DNA from: Patescibacteria group bacterium
GTDB taxonomy: Bacteria > Patescibacteriota > Patescibacteriia > Buchananbacterales > UBA6539
Direction: 5' to 3'
Assembly: GCA_028688055.1 (NCBI GenBank)
Contig: JAQTYZ010000003.1
Span: 1,191 to 65,190, forward strand
Length of the DNA stretch: 64,000 bases
Each line of letters opens with the position of its first letter. Positions within the stretch are counted from its first letter, which is position 1. A program made the position numbers and the translations under genes. A model generated the notes under the pieces. The model searched no databases and was not told where the DNA came from. It worked only from the letters and a program-made list of their open reading frames with translations. Of this stretch, positions 40,143-49,786 are shown piece after piece.

Positions 40143-41480
40143 ATGATTATTACCGAACAACTTCTGAACGAATTTGAGCTGCATTCCCGCGATGTGGTCA
40201 GATTTAATAATGTCGCTGAGGCCAAGACGTTTGTCAAAGAAATTTGGCCGGATATTTCGTCCGATCAAGATTGGGCCCGGGAGCATCCGAAGCTCTACGA
40301 CCGACTTAAAAAGCTTAATAATATTAACAATATTTTGTTAATATCAACAATGAATGATGAAGGTTTTTTGGAAATATGTGAGGCTGGTTTGGAGGTGTAC
40401 TTTACCGATATGATTGAAGACATAGATTTGTGGGAGTTAATTCGGGCGAAGTTGGTGGCGATGGTTGATTTTGAAGCCCGGGATAAGTTTAAAGAAAAAA
40501 TTAGAAAATCGCTGTTGCGCAACAAGGGGGTTATTTCATCAAGAAAAATTTTAAGAAATAATCAAGAGTATACGCCGTCAATTGCCGAATGGCTGGTCGA
40601 CTATACGAGCGCGGTTGGAGTCAGTGAAGCTGGTACGGTAAAAATGAATGAGTATTTTATCGCCAGTAAAAACTACCAGCAATTAAACGGCAAAGAAAAA
40701 GATGCGGTCCGACAGCTGATCAGTATTTATGAAAGATTGAAAAAATCTTCCGCCAAACCGGACGGATTGGAGGAGCGAGTTTTGGTTTCTGAAAATGGTC
40801 GATTTGCCATTTTTCGCGACGGCAGTTTTGAAAGCATTGATCCTAAATTGCAGGCCTTATTAAAGGCAGCTAATATCAGTATTAGTGGTTCGTCAGATGA
40901 AGACCAGCCGCCGGTTATCATTAGTCAGACAGCCGCGGCGGTTGAAAAAACTGAAGGGCTTGAAAAAGATCAAGCGCGAACAATGACCGTGTCGGAACAG
41001 GAAATTTATAATGCTTATCAAGGTGATCCAAGGCAAAAAAGTGCCATTGCCAAAGAGGAAGAAAATTTAACCAAGAAATTTGGCACGGATGAGGTAAAAT
41101 TAAGGGCCGAGTTTTATCAGGCCGTTCAGAAAAAAAATATTAACTTAACCATCGCTATTATTCGGCGCCTGGCCGCGCTTGGTGAATTGGTTAAATTTTT
41201 GCAAACGGATGTAAAATTAAATAATTTTTTGACAAAAACTTGGGACAAGCGATATGGACAAGCTTTTGCTGATGAATTTGTTAAAAATCCCGACCAACCT
41301 AAGTTCATCAAATTATTTTTGCGTTATATTTTAGAGGAACGTTTGGGGATGAATTCTAGCGATGCCGCGCGCGTGGGACTACACGTGGCCAATGTTTTTG
41401 TAAATTCCGGTAAAAAAAGTTATAATAAAGTGGCTTATTTCGATATTAAGACTAAAACGTTTAATTGGTTTGAGGGGTAG
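40143..41480 (+). CDS. Hypothetical protein (T4SS-like cluster)
   Basis: 445-aa ORF co-oriented in the operon; no motif recognised. Confidence 0.75.
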   Translation: MIITEQLLNEFELHSRDVVRFNNVAEAKTFVKEIWPDISSDQDWAREHPKLYDRLKKLNNINNILLISTMNDEGFLEICEAGLEVYFTDMIEDIDLWELIRAKLVAMVDFEARDKFKEKIRKSLLRNKGVISSRKILRNNQEYTPSIAEWLVDYTSAVGVSEAGTVKMNEYFIASKNYQQLNGKEKDAVRQLISIYERLKKSSAKPDGLEERVLVSENGRFAIFRDGSFESIDPKLQALLKAANISISGSSDEDQPPVIISQTAAAVEKTEGLEKDQARTMTVSEQEIYNAYQGDPRQKSAIAKEEENLTKKFGTDEVKLRAEFYQAVQKKNINLTIAIIRRLAALGELVKFLQTDVKLNNFLTKTWDKRYGQAFADEFVKNPDQPKFIKLFLRYILEERLGMNSSDAARVGLHVANVFVNSGKKSYNKVAYFDIKTKTFNWFEG

Positions 41481-41577
41481 GGTTTAGGATGGTGGGAAGT
41501 AGGAGAGTAGGTGTTAGCCTTAACAGTCACGTCATACAAGGCATGCTAAATTCTCTGAGAATGACAAATAAAGTAGT

Positions 41578-41612
41578 GTCATCCTGTCCGCCGGCTGGCG
41601 GATCAGGATCTA
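41578..41612. repeat. Truncated GTCATCCTG...CAGGATC palindromic repeat with an internal TCCGCC-GGCT-GGCGGA hairpin
   Basis: GTCATCCTGTCCGCCGGCTGGCGGATCAGGATCT. Confidence 0.55.
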
Positions 41613-41628
41613 GGAGATAAAGAACCCT

Positions 41629-41745
41629 GTCATTGCGAGCCACGACGTTAAGCCATGGGCGAAGCAATCCCCCTCTAATGAATTAACTAGGCAGATCGCC
41701 ACGTCGTCCTAGTTGACGCAGGTGAGATGGACTCCTCGCGATGAC
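41629..41745. repeat. GTCATTGCGAG-type palindromic (REP/RPE-like) element
   Basis: Terminal inverted repeats GTCATTGCGAG / CTCGCGATGAC (10/11); internal GCGAAGCAATC...GATCGCCACG. Confidence 0.75.
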
Positions 41746-41817
41746 GCAGAGCTAATTATTACTAATAACTAACAGTTACTCCTGGTTTTGGGGACAGGTG
41801 AGGAAAGGAATAATAAA

Positions 41818-42990
41818 GTGTTGACCAAAGAAAATCATAAAAGCTACGTGTTTACTTCAGAGTCCGTCACGGAAGGACATCCTGATAAAATTTGTGATCA
41901 AATTTCTGACGGTATTTTGGATGCGGCCCTGACCGATGATCCAATGTCGCGCGTGGCCATTGAAACCCTGGTAACCACCGGCTTAGTCGTCGTGGCCGGC
42001 GAGATGACTACTTCGACCTACATTGATGTCCCAAAAGTTGTTCGTAAAATCATTAAAGATATCGGTTATACTGATCCGACCATTGGGTTTGATGCCGAAA
42101 ATTGCGCTGTCGTTACGTCAATTGATGCCCAGAGTCAGGATATTTCTCAAGGTGTCGATGAATTGGCCAATAAAGAGCAGGGTGCCGGCGATCAAGGAAT
42201 GATGTTTGGCTATGCCACTGATGAGACGCCGGAATTTATGCCTTTGCCAATTGTTTTAGCGCATAAATTAACTCAGAAATTGGCGGAAGTAAGAAAGAAT
42301 GGGACGCTGCCATGGTTGCGTCCTGACGGCAAAGCGCAGGTGAGCGTCGAATATGAAGGCGGTAAGCCAAAACGACTGACGGCCGTTGTTGTTTCAACCC
42401 AGCACACCGCCGAGACATCGCTTGAGACAGTTGAAAAAGAAGTGAAGGAAAAAATAATTGTCCCAATTTGTGGTGAATTTATTGATGGTGAAACAAAATA
42501 TTTTATTAATCCGACCGGCCGGTTTGTCATTGGCGGACCGCACGGTGACAGTGGCGTGACCGGTAGAAAAATAATTGTGGACACTTATGGCGGACACGGC
42601 AGTCATGGTGGTGGGGCATTCTCGGGTAAAGATCCCTCAAAAGTTGATCGCTCAGCTTCTTATGCTGCTAGGTATATTGCCAAAAATATTGTCGCGGCGG
42701 GAATTGCTAAGCAGTGTGAAGTCCAAATTGCCTACGCGATTGGCGTCGCCGAACCGGTTTCATTGCTCGTTAATACCGGCGGTAGCGGCATAGTGGACGA
42801 GGAAAAAATTGCTCAAGCCGTCCGAAAAATTTTTCCGCTAAAACCGGCCGACATCATTAAACAATTGAATTTGCGTCGACCCATCTACATCAAAACAACT
42901 TGTTATGGCCATTTTGGCCGGACGGATCAAGATTTTACCTGGGAAAAGACTGATAAAGTAGACGAATTGAAAAAAGAGCTGGGACTTTAA
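41818..42990 (+). CDS. metK: S-adenosylmethionine synthetase (start GTG 41818 or TTG 41821)
   Basis: Motifs [39 protein letters not shown]. Confidence 0.98.
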   Translation: MLTKENHKSYVFTSESVTEGHPDKICDQISDGILDAALTDDPMSRVAIETLVTTGLVVVAGEMTTSTYIDVPKVVRKIIKDIGYTDPTIGFDAENCAVVTSIDAQSQDISQGVDELANKEQGAGDQGMMFGYATDETPEFMPLPIVLAHKLTQKLAEVRKNGTLPWLRPDGKAQVSVEYEGGKPKRLTAVVVSTQHTAETSLETVEKEVKEKIIVPICGEFIDGETKYFINPTGRFVIGGPHGDSGVTGRKIIVDTYGGHGSHGGGAFSGKDPSKVDRSASYAARYIAKNIVAAGIAKQCEVQIAYAIGVAEPVSLLVNTGGSGIVDEEKIAQAVRKIFPLKPADIIKQLNLRRPIYIKTTCYGHFGRTDQDFTWEKTDKVDELKKELGL

Positions 42991-43016
42991 TAAAAATTAA
43001 AAATAAATGTTAACCA

Positions 43017-44123
43017 ATGATTCTGGAAGATAAAAATAATGCTGATGATTTTTTTCGGGCTTTGGGACAAAATCTAAGCGCGGCTAACCCTCCAGATGAT
43101 GAAATTGTTTTCCGAGATGATGATGGTAAATTGAAAATATTAAAAGGAGGGGCAATTTTGGATTATAGTCAAGATGCCGTTGGGGCCGAAGAAAAATCCG
43201 GGGTTAAGCTAGAAGCGGTTAGCGAGTCAAATGCTGTCTTAACTAACGTTTTGCCCCAGCCAGATTCAAAATTGGATAATATTGCGGAACAGATTATTAA
43301 GGACTCAGGTGTTACCTCAAAGGATGATGATTATCGTAAAAGATTTAAAAGTATTATTTTATCTAGGCTTAAGGATGTCAGAGATCAAGTACAGACTCGA
43401 GAAGCGCTGCTTAGTTCGTCAATGGTGGGCGGTGTTGACTTAAATAATCAACAGGTAGATAAAATACTTGGTTTAATCAGCGCTAGCCTTGATCAGGTTC
43501 ACAGTGATATTAGAACAGCCATAAATAACGAACCATTTTCTGATTTAAGAGCTGAGGCGCAGCAGATATTGTCGGAACCTGAATTAGCGCAGAAGCCTGA
43601 ATTTAAGCCTGTTATCCTGGTACCAGAAAAAAAAGTTGAAGTTGAGCCGCCAGCCAAGCCAGTAGCAATACCAGCCCCGATGGGCTTTAGCACTAATCCC
43701 GTGACGGCCAGACTAGGAGCAAACCCGCCTAAAATAACGCCCATTGTTGAAAAATCAATTGGCAAGCCAAAAGTTGAAGATGTTCGGTTCAAACCGCGCT
43801 TAACCGGTCCGGTGGAAGAGATTAAAAGTATGAAGTTAGTTGATTTCAGACGATTAGCCCAATCGCCAGCACAGGCCATTGAAAAGATTATTGGAAAAAT
43901 TGATTTACTTGAAGCGGAAGCTTTTACCAAAAAAACGGAAGCCATCAAAGCTTGGAAGCAAAATGAGATCAATCAAATGTATATTGAATTGGGTGATCAA
44001 AGTATGGAAGAGCGTAAGTCAATTTCGGACATTATTGCCGAGCGCCAGTCGGGGGGGCAACCGACTTTAACCGAAGAAGAAGTTGATGCGATTATCGAAT
44101 TAAATAAAAGGCTAAGATATTAG
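43017..44123 (+). CDS. Hypothetical protein upstream of PrgI
   Basis: 368-aa ORF, Pro-rich linker, helical C-terminal domain; ends 1 nt before the PrgI start. Confidence 0.75.
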   Translation: MILEDKNNADDFFRALGQNLSAANPPDDEIVFRDDDGKLKILKGGAILDYSQDAVGAEEKSGVKLEAVSESNAVLTNVLPQPDSKLDNIAEQIIKDSGVTSKDDDYRKRFKSIILSRLKDVRDQVQTREALLSSSMVGGVDLNNQQVDKILGLISASLDQVHSDIRTAINNEPFSDLRAEAQQILSEPELAQKPEFKPVILVPEKKVEVEPPAKPVAIPAPMGFSTNPVTARLGANPPKITPIVEKSIGKPKVEDVRFKPRLTGPVEEIKSMKLVDFRRLAQSPAQAIEKIIGKIDLLEAEAFTKKTEAIKAWKQNEINQMYIELGDQSMEERKSISDIIAERQSGGQPTLTEEEVDAIIELNKRLRY

Positions 44124-44124
44124 G

Positions 44125-44583
44125 ATGCAGCAATTTGTGGTGCCACAATTCATTGATGTCGAAGATAAAATTTTGGGACCAATTACCGTTCGCCAATTTA
44201 TTATTATTTTAGTCGGCGGTGGGATTGACTTTGTCGCTTATAAGCTGTCTGATTTTACCTTATTTTTATTGCAGTTCGTTATTGTGTCGTTGATAAGTTT
44301 TATTGTTGCTTTTATCAAAATAAACGGACGACCCATTCACTATTTTTTGCTTAATGTTTTTCAAACCGTTAAAAGACCGAAACGCCGGGTCTGGCAAAAA
44401 ATATTTTCGACCGCACTTTTGAAAAGCTATTTGAATATTAAGGAAATCAGATTGCCACCAACCATCACCACCAAGAATAAAGTGAGGGCATCGCGTTTAG
44501 CCGAGATGTCTTTGATTGTTGATACCGGTGGGGTTTATCAGGGTGAAAAAGAACCGCCAAATTCGACTAATGAATTAGTATAA
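44125..44583 (+). CDS. PrgI family (VirB3-like) membrane protein
   Basis: QFVVPQFIDVEDKILGPITVRQF, two TM helices, KINGRP...P.RRVW. Confidence 0.9.
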   Translation: MQQFVVPQFIDVEDKILGPITVRQFIIILVGGGIDFVAYKLSDFTLFLLQFVIVSLISFIVAFIKINGRPIHYFLLNVFQTVKRPKRRVWQKIFSTALLKSYLNIKEIRLPPTITTKNKVRASRLAEMSLIVDTGGVYQGEKEPPNSTNELV

Positions 44584-44605
44584 GCCCGCTAATTTTTAAC
44601 TGGGT

Positions 44606-45286
44606 ATGAAGTCAAATAAACTAGCAAACAAAAAGATTAAGGCATCAACGCAACACTTTTTGGATGTGGCCGAGATTAAAGAAGACTGTGTGCTATTAAA
44701 AGATGGGACGTTGCGCGCTGTTTTACTGGTTTCAAGTATTAATTTTTCGTTAAAATCTGAAGATGAGCAAAATGCTATTATTGCGGCTTATATTGGATTT
44801 TTAAATTTTTTGGAATTTCCGCTCCAAATTGTCATTCAGTCGCGTCAGCTCGACATCGATGGTTATCTTGATCGGTTGAAAAAGATTGAAAAAGAGCAAA
44901 CCAATGAATTATTACGAATTCAGACCGCTGAGTATCGCCAGTATGTCAGTGAGTTAGTTGACTTGGGTGAAATTATGAATAAGCGATTTTATGTTGTCAT
45001 TCCTTACGATCCATTATCTGACAAACAAAAATCATGGTTTAAGCGTTTACTTGGCTTGTTTACCGCCGCCAAGGAAGTTAAATTGAATCAAGACGCTTTC
45101 AGCAAAAGACGACACGAATTATTTCAACGAGTCGACCATATCTTATCCGGACTTGCTAGTATGAGTCTAAAATCAGTGGTTTTGGATACCCAGAGTTTGA
45201 TTGAACTTTATTATAATACTTATAATCCCGATGTTTACAGTAAGGAAAAATTGGTGGAGATTAATAAGCTTAGGATTGAAGAATAA
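44606..45286 (+). CDS. T4SS-associated protein (TraC/VirB4 N-terminal-like)
   Basis: STQHFL...I....V.LKDG.LRAVL.VSSINF.LKSEDEQ.AII..Y..FLN.L.FP.QI; located between PrgI and VirB4. Confidence 0.75.
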   Translation: MKSNKLANKKIKASTQHFLDVAEIKEDCVLLKDGTLRAVLLVSSINFSLKSEDEQNAIIAAYIGFLNFLEFPLQIVIQSRQLDIDGYLDRLKKIEKEQTNELLRIQTAEYRQYVSELVDLGEIMNKRFYVVIPYDPLSDKQKSWFKRLLGLFTAAKEVKLNQDAFSKRRHELFQRVDHILSGLASMSLKSVVLDTQSLIELYYNTYNPDVYSKEKLVEINKLRIEE

Positions 45287-45288
45287 TT

Positions 45289-47217
45289 ATGGCTATAAGA
45301 CCAAGCGACATTTTGCGTGAAGAAAAAATGGCGGCCATGGAGCCGTCGGATAATTCCACCCCCGAAGAAAAAAGAGCGAAAGAAAAGCAGGAACTTGAGA
45401 GTCAGAAGATAGTTTTGGAAGAAGAAAAGATTTATCGTGAGGGGGTAGTATCCATTAAGGATTTAATTGCTCCGGCGGCAATGGAAGTGACGCCGACGTT
45501 TATTAAGTTGGGTAATAAATTTGTTCGAACTTTGTTTGCGATTGGTTATCCGCGCTACATTGCTGTTGGCTGGTTCGCGCCGATTATTAATATGAGTGTG
45601 ACTTTGGATATTGCGATGTTTTTTTATCCGGTTAAGTCCGATATTATTTTGAAACAGCTTCGAAATAAAGTTGGTGCTTTGGAAGCGCAGATTTTGGCCG
45701 ACCGAGAAAAAGGTGCCCCGCGTGATCCAATTAGAGAAACCGCTCTGCGCGATATTGAAAAATTGCGGGACGATTTAACACAAGGGGTTGAACATTTTTT
45801 TCAATTTGGTTTGTATGTTACCATTTACGCTGATTCTAAAGAAAAATTAGACAGTATGACTGGCGACATTGAGTCGTTATTCGGTTCTCGTTTAGTTTTT
45901 TCAAAAAAAGTTTTGTATCAGGCCGAACAAGGTTTTAACTCTACTCTGCCGTTAGGTAACGATGAATTGATGATTGGTTTTAATATGAATTCATCGCCGG
46001 TGGCTTCGTCATTTCCATTTATTTCCTCGGAGCTTACATCCGATGAAGGAATTCTATATGGTATTAATCGGCACAATAATAGTTTGATTTTATTTGATCG
46101 ATTTTCGTTGCAGAATGCCAATACGGTTGTTTTTGCCACCTCCGGGGCTGGAAAAAGTTATGCTATTAAACTTGAAGTTTTACGAACGATGATGTTTGGG
46201 ACGGATGTTATTGTTATTGACCCTGAGCGGGAATATAAACATTTAAGCGACGCCGTCGGCGGAACTTATGTCAATATTTCTTTAAGTTCAGACAGTAAAA
46301 TTAATCCATTTGATTTGCCCCGAGCCGTTGGGGAGCAGCGAACGTCAGACGTTATTCGCGGTTCAGTTATTACCATTAAAGGTTTAATCAGATTAATGCT
46401 TGGCAAATTAACTCATCAAGAAGATTCAATTATTGATCGCGCCCTTTTGGAAACTTACGCTAAAAAAGATATCACCTCAGAATCAGATTTATCAAAAGTT
46501 GAAGCGCCGATTATGCAGGATTTTCAGGATGTTTTGGAAGGAATGGAAGGTGGTGCTGATTTAGCCCTTAGATTAAAAAAATATACTCAGGGTACTTTTT
46601 CGGGACTATTTAATAGCCCAACAAATGTGGATATGAAAAACCAGCTGGTTATTTTTTCTGTTCGAGATTTAGAAGATGAATTAAGAGCGATGGCGATTTA
46701 TACCATTGTTAATTACATTTGGAATGTGGTGAGATCGGAATTAAAAAGACGGATCTTAATTATCGACGAGGCCTGGTGGTTAATGCAAAACGAAGATTCG
46801 GCCAAGTTTATTTACGCCTTAGTCAAACGCTGCCGAAAATATTATTTAGGGGTTACCAATATTACTCAAGATGTTAACGACTTTTTGTTGTCACCTTATG
46901 GGCAGGCCATTGTTAATAATTCGGCGATGCAATTATTAATGAGGCAGTCACCGGCTTCGATCGAATTAGTCCAAAAAACATTTCTTTTGACGGAAGGAGA
47001 AAAATATTTGTTATTGGAATGTGGTGTTGGTGAAGGAATATTTTTTGCCGGTGATAAACACGCGGCGATCAAAGTTGTTGCTTCTTATACTGAGGATCAG
47101 CTCATTACTTCCGACCCGAGACAGATTTTGGAAATTGAAGAGGCAAAAAAAGAATTTGAGAAATCGCAGGGAGACAGTGGCCTTGGCGAAGAGGCGCTAA
47201 ACAACCCGAATAATTAA
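45289..47217 (+). CDS. VirB4-like secretion/conjugation ATPase
   Basis: Walker A ATSGAGKS, VIDPEREY, INPFD, Walker B IIDEAW, RKY...ITQDV.DF. Confidence 0.92.
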   Translation: MAIRPSDILREEKMAAMEPSDNSTPEEKRAKEKQELESQKIVLEEEKIYREGVVSIKDLIAPAAMEVTPTFIKLGNKFVRTLFAIGYPRYIAVGWFAPIINMSVTLDIAMFFYPVKSDIILKQLRNKVGALEAQILADREKGAPRDPIRETALRDIEKLRDDLTQGVEHFFQFGLYVTIYADSKEKLDSMTGDIESLFGSRLVFSKKVLYQAEQGFNSTLPLGNDELMIGFNMNSSPVASSFPFISSELTSDEGILYGINRHNNSLILFDRFSLQNANTVVFATSGAGKSYAIKLEVLRTMMFGTDVIVIDPEREYKHLSDAVGGTYVNISLSSDSKINPFDLPRAVGEQRTSDVIRGSVITIKGLIRLMLGKLTHQEDSIIDRALLETYAKKDITSESDLSKVEAPIMQDFQDVLEGMEGGADLALRLKKYTQGTFSGLFNSPTNVDMKNQLVIFSVRDLEDELRAMAIYTIVNYIWNVVRSELKRRILIIDEAWWLMQNEDSAKFIYALVKRCRKYYLGVTNITQDVNDFLLSPYGQAIVNNSAMQLLMRQSPASIELVQKTFLLTEGEKYLLLECGVGEGIFFAGDKHAAIKVVASYTEDQLITSDPRQILEIEEAKKEFEKSQGDSGLGEEALNNPNN

Positions 47218-47223
47218 TTTTTT

Positions 47224-47823
47224 ATGAACATGAGCAGAAGAAACAAAATAATCATTGGCGTCGCAGTTTTGATTCTAATTGTTTTATTAATTTCATTTTT
47301 GGCGTGGTGGTGGTATGACCGAAAGCAGGCGGCCAATTCTTTAATAAATACCAATAGTACCGCTGGGCAGTTGCCTGGCGAATTGCCAACGGCTTCAAGT
47401 GGTTTACCGACAACGACGGTTGTCGTTAAACCGGATCAAGAAGCGATCATTAAGGCAGTGGCGATGACCTTTGCCGAGCGTTTTGGCAGCTATTCCAATG
47501 AAATTAATTTTTCTAATCTTGATGACTTGCAAAATATTATAACGGTAAAAATGAAAACGTGGGTTGATAATTATAAGGTTAGTGAAGTTGCCAAAATTAG
47601 CGGCAGCAACTATTATGGTATCACTACTAAGGCACTGTCCGTCAAGATTAATTCGATGGATGACATAGCGGGACGGGCGGAAGTTGTCGTTCAAACTCAG
47701 CGCGGAGAAGCTAAGGGAAGTTCAATTAATCCCAAGATTTTTTATCAGGCCATTAATCTGTCAATGATTAATGACGGCAGTGGTTGGAAAATTGATTCAG
47801 CCGATTGGCAAGCCATTAAATAA
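47224..47823 (+). CDS. Bitopic membrane protein, possibly VirB8/TcpC-like (NTF2 fold)
   Basis: N-terminal TM; A..FAERFGSYS; C-terminal beta strands ending GWKIDSADW. Confidence 0.55.
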   Translation: MNMSRRNKIIIGVAVLILIVLLISFLAWWWYDRKQAANSLINTNSTAGQLPGELPTASSGLPTTTVVVKPDQEAIIKAVAMTFAERFGSYSNEINFSNLDDLQNIITVKMKTWVDNYKVSEVAKISGSNYYGITTKALSVKINSMDDIAGRAEVVVQTQRGEAKGSSINPKIFYQAINLSMINDGSGWKIDSADWQAIK

Positions 47824-47853
47824 TAATTTTTCAACATAGCGCAAACTTGAGCT

Positions 47854-48513
47854 ATGTTGAAGCTAGCCATAAATACTTTAGTAAATTTATTTTTTCCAGT
47901 TTACTGTTTAGCTTGCGGTAAAACTGGGGAATGGTTTTGTCAGAGCTGTGTCAGTAAATTGCATTTTTCAACAGAGTCGCTAGCGGTTAAAAATAATCGG
48001 CACGCAACTGATGGCATTTGGGTTGTTATGGCGCCCGGTCAAACCAGCGTCGAAAAGCTGATAAAATATTTTAAATATAGTGGTGTCAAAGACATTGGAG
48101 AAATTCTGGGGAGCCAAGCGGGCGATTTCCTTAAGGCAAAATTTAAGGAATTGCCGCAACTGAGGTTTGATGCGGTAACTTCCGTACCAACCTCAAAGCG
48201 ACGTTTTAAATGGCGAGGTTACAACCAATCGGAAATATTAGGCCAGGTAGTGGCAACAAAGATTGGTCTTGAATATATTGATGGTCTTCAACGTGTGAAA
48301 TATATTCGGCCACAGGTTGGATTAAATTCTAAAAATAGGGTAAATAATGTTAAGAATAATTTTGCTGTAGCGTTGGAATTCGAGCCGATTAATAAGAATA
48401 TCTTGATTATCGATGATGTCGTGACTACCGGTTCAACCATTAATGAATGTGCGGCAGTTTTAAAAAAAAGAGGCGCTAATTTAGTTTGGGGTGTGGCAAT
48501 CATCAAGGGTTAG
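47854..48513 (+). CDS. comF: ComF family competence protein (zinc ribbon + PRTase)
   Basis: FPVYCLACG...FCQSC, RGYNQSE, ILIIDDVVTTGST. Confidence 0.9.
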   Translation: MLKLAINTLVNLFFPVYCLACGKTGEWFCQSCVSKLHFSTESLAVKNNRHATDGIWVVMAPGQTSVEKLIKYFKYSGVKDIGEILGSQAGDFLKAKFKELPQLRFDAVTSVPTSKRRFKWRGYNQSEILGQVVATKIGLEYIDGLQRVKYIRPQVGLNSKNRVNNVKNNFAVALEFEPINKNILIIDDVVTTGSTINECAAVLKKRGANLVWGVAIIKG

Positions 48514-48517
48514 AGGC

Positions 48518-48546
48518 TTTACAATGGTAAAAATTGATGTTATGAT
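48518..48546 (+). promoter_or_regulatory. Sigma70 promoter upstream of the tRNA-Ser remnant/GIY-YIG/tRNA-Ser unit
   Basis: TTTACA-17 nt-TATGAT with TG extension. Confidence 0.6.
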
Positions 48547-48558
48547 ATCAGAGTTTCT

Positions 48559-48624
48559 GGAGAGGTGGTCAAGTGGCCGAAAGCGCGTACCCCGCTAGGG
48601 CGGGGCGAGCTGCTAACGAGGTAT
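48559..48624 (+). pseudogene. Decayed 5' half of tRNA-Ser(GCT) with an inserted hairpin
   Basis: First 28 nt match the tRNA at 48872 at 25/28; then GTACCCCGCTAGGGCGGGGCGAG; then identical CTGCTAACGAGGTAT; no 3' half. Confidence 0.85.
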
Positions 48625-48871
48625 TGATCGATCTACGATGATAGCGGTTTATATTTTAAAGTCGGATCAGGGTAAGCATTATATCGGTTCCACCGTTGAT
48701 CTTGATGTAAGGTTGCGACGACATGCACTTCGAACGGCTGCTAAAACCACTCAGCAAGGGGTCTGGAAATTATGTTATTATCATCAATGTGACTCCATTG
48801 AAGACGCGCGTGCATTGGAAAAGAAGGTAAAATCGTTTAAGGGAGGAAATTCATTTAAAAAGATAATCAAT

Positions 48872-48964
<93 letters not shown>

Positions 48965-48982
48965 CGCAAAAAAAATAAAAAT

Positions 48983-49498
48983 ATGTCAGACAATAACGTT
49001 GAAAAAAATATTTCCGCTGATCAGCCAGACTACGGTGAAACTCTAATGGCGTGGGAATTTTATGAGTTCATCAAACATGATCGCTCGCGATTTTGGTATT
49101 TTGGCGCCGGCTTAATTGCAATGCTGTTAATATTGTTCGCTTTTTTAGCAAGCAATATATTATTTGGCTTTATCGTTATAATTGCGTCACTGATTATTTT
49201 AATGTTTCATCGCAGTGATAATAAAATAAAGTTTCAAATAATGGAAGATGGTATCTTGGTCAATACCAAGTTTTACGAATATAAATCCCTGAAGAATTTT
49301 TATCTTATTTATGAACCACCGGAAGTAAAAACCCTTTATTTTGAACCCAAGTCAATGTTTAGTCCTCGTATTCCAATTACGATTGAGGATCAAGATCCTA
49401 ATGAGATAAGAAAAATTTTAACTAAATATTTGTCTGAAGATTTGGACCGGGAAAATGAGCCAACCTCCGATCAGCTGTCGAGGATGCTTAAGTTGTAA
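48983..49498 (+). CDS. Hypothetical membrane protein (two TM helices plus a PH-like domain)
   Basis: W...EF.KHDRS..WY, two TM helices, GI.VN.KFY.Y..LKNF. Confidence 0.75.
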   Translation: MSDNNVEKNISADQPDYGETLMAWEFYEFIKHDRSRFWYFGAGLIAMLLILFAFLASNILFGFIVIIASLIILMFHRSDNKIKFQIMEDGILVNTKFYEYKSLKNFYLIYEPPEVKTLYFEPKSMFSPRIPITIEDQDPNEIRKILTKYLSEDLDRENEPTSDQLSRMLKL

Positions 49499-49509
49499 TT
49501 CCTTTTTTT

Positions 49510-49586
49510 GTCCCTATAGCTCAGCTGGATAGAGCGCAAGCTTGCGGAGCTTGAGGTCGTAGGTTCGACTCCTACTGGGGACACCA
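49510..49586 (+). tRNA. tRNA-Arg (GCG)
   Basis: GTCCCTATAGCTCAGCTGGATAGAGC, CAAGC-TTGCGGA-GCTTG anticodon arm, GGTTCGACTCC, encoded CCA. Confidence 0.93.
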
Positions 49587-49596
49587 TATTAAAAAT

Positions 49597-49626
49597 AAAA
49601 ACCGCCCCGTTGATTGGGGCGGTTTT
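49597..49626. terminator. Bidirectional intrinsic terminator after tRNA-Arg
   Basis: AAAACCGCCCC...GGGGCGGTTTT. Confidence 0.85.
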
Positions 49627-49786
49627 AAGTAGTTAAATAATGTTTTACACCGGTGCTGCGGCCGGTCTTAATTTAATTGATTGAGCGCTAATACGGCTGA
49701 GGTTTTGTTGAGTAAATGAGACTGGACAGGATAGCTGAAAAAAACTAAAATTACCAGTATCGCGCATTAAATATATTAATTTAGAG

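Noticed and set aside
41746-41820. SAM riboswitch upstream of metK
   Set aside because: No SAM-I, SAM-II or SMK consensus was recognised; the visible structure is explained by palindromic repeats. An Rfam scan would be decisive.
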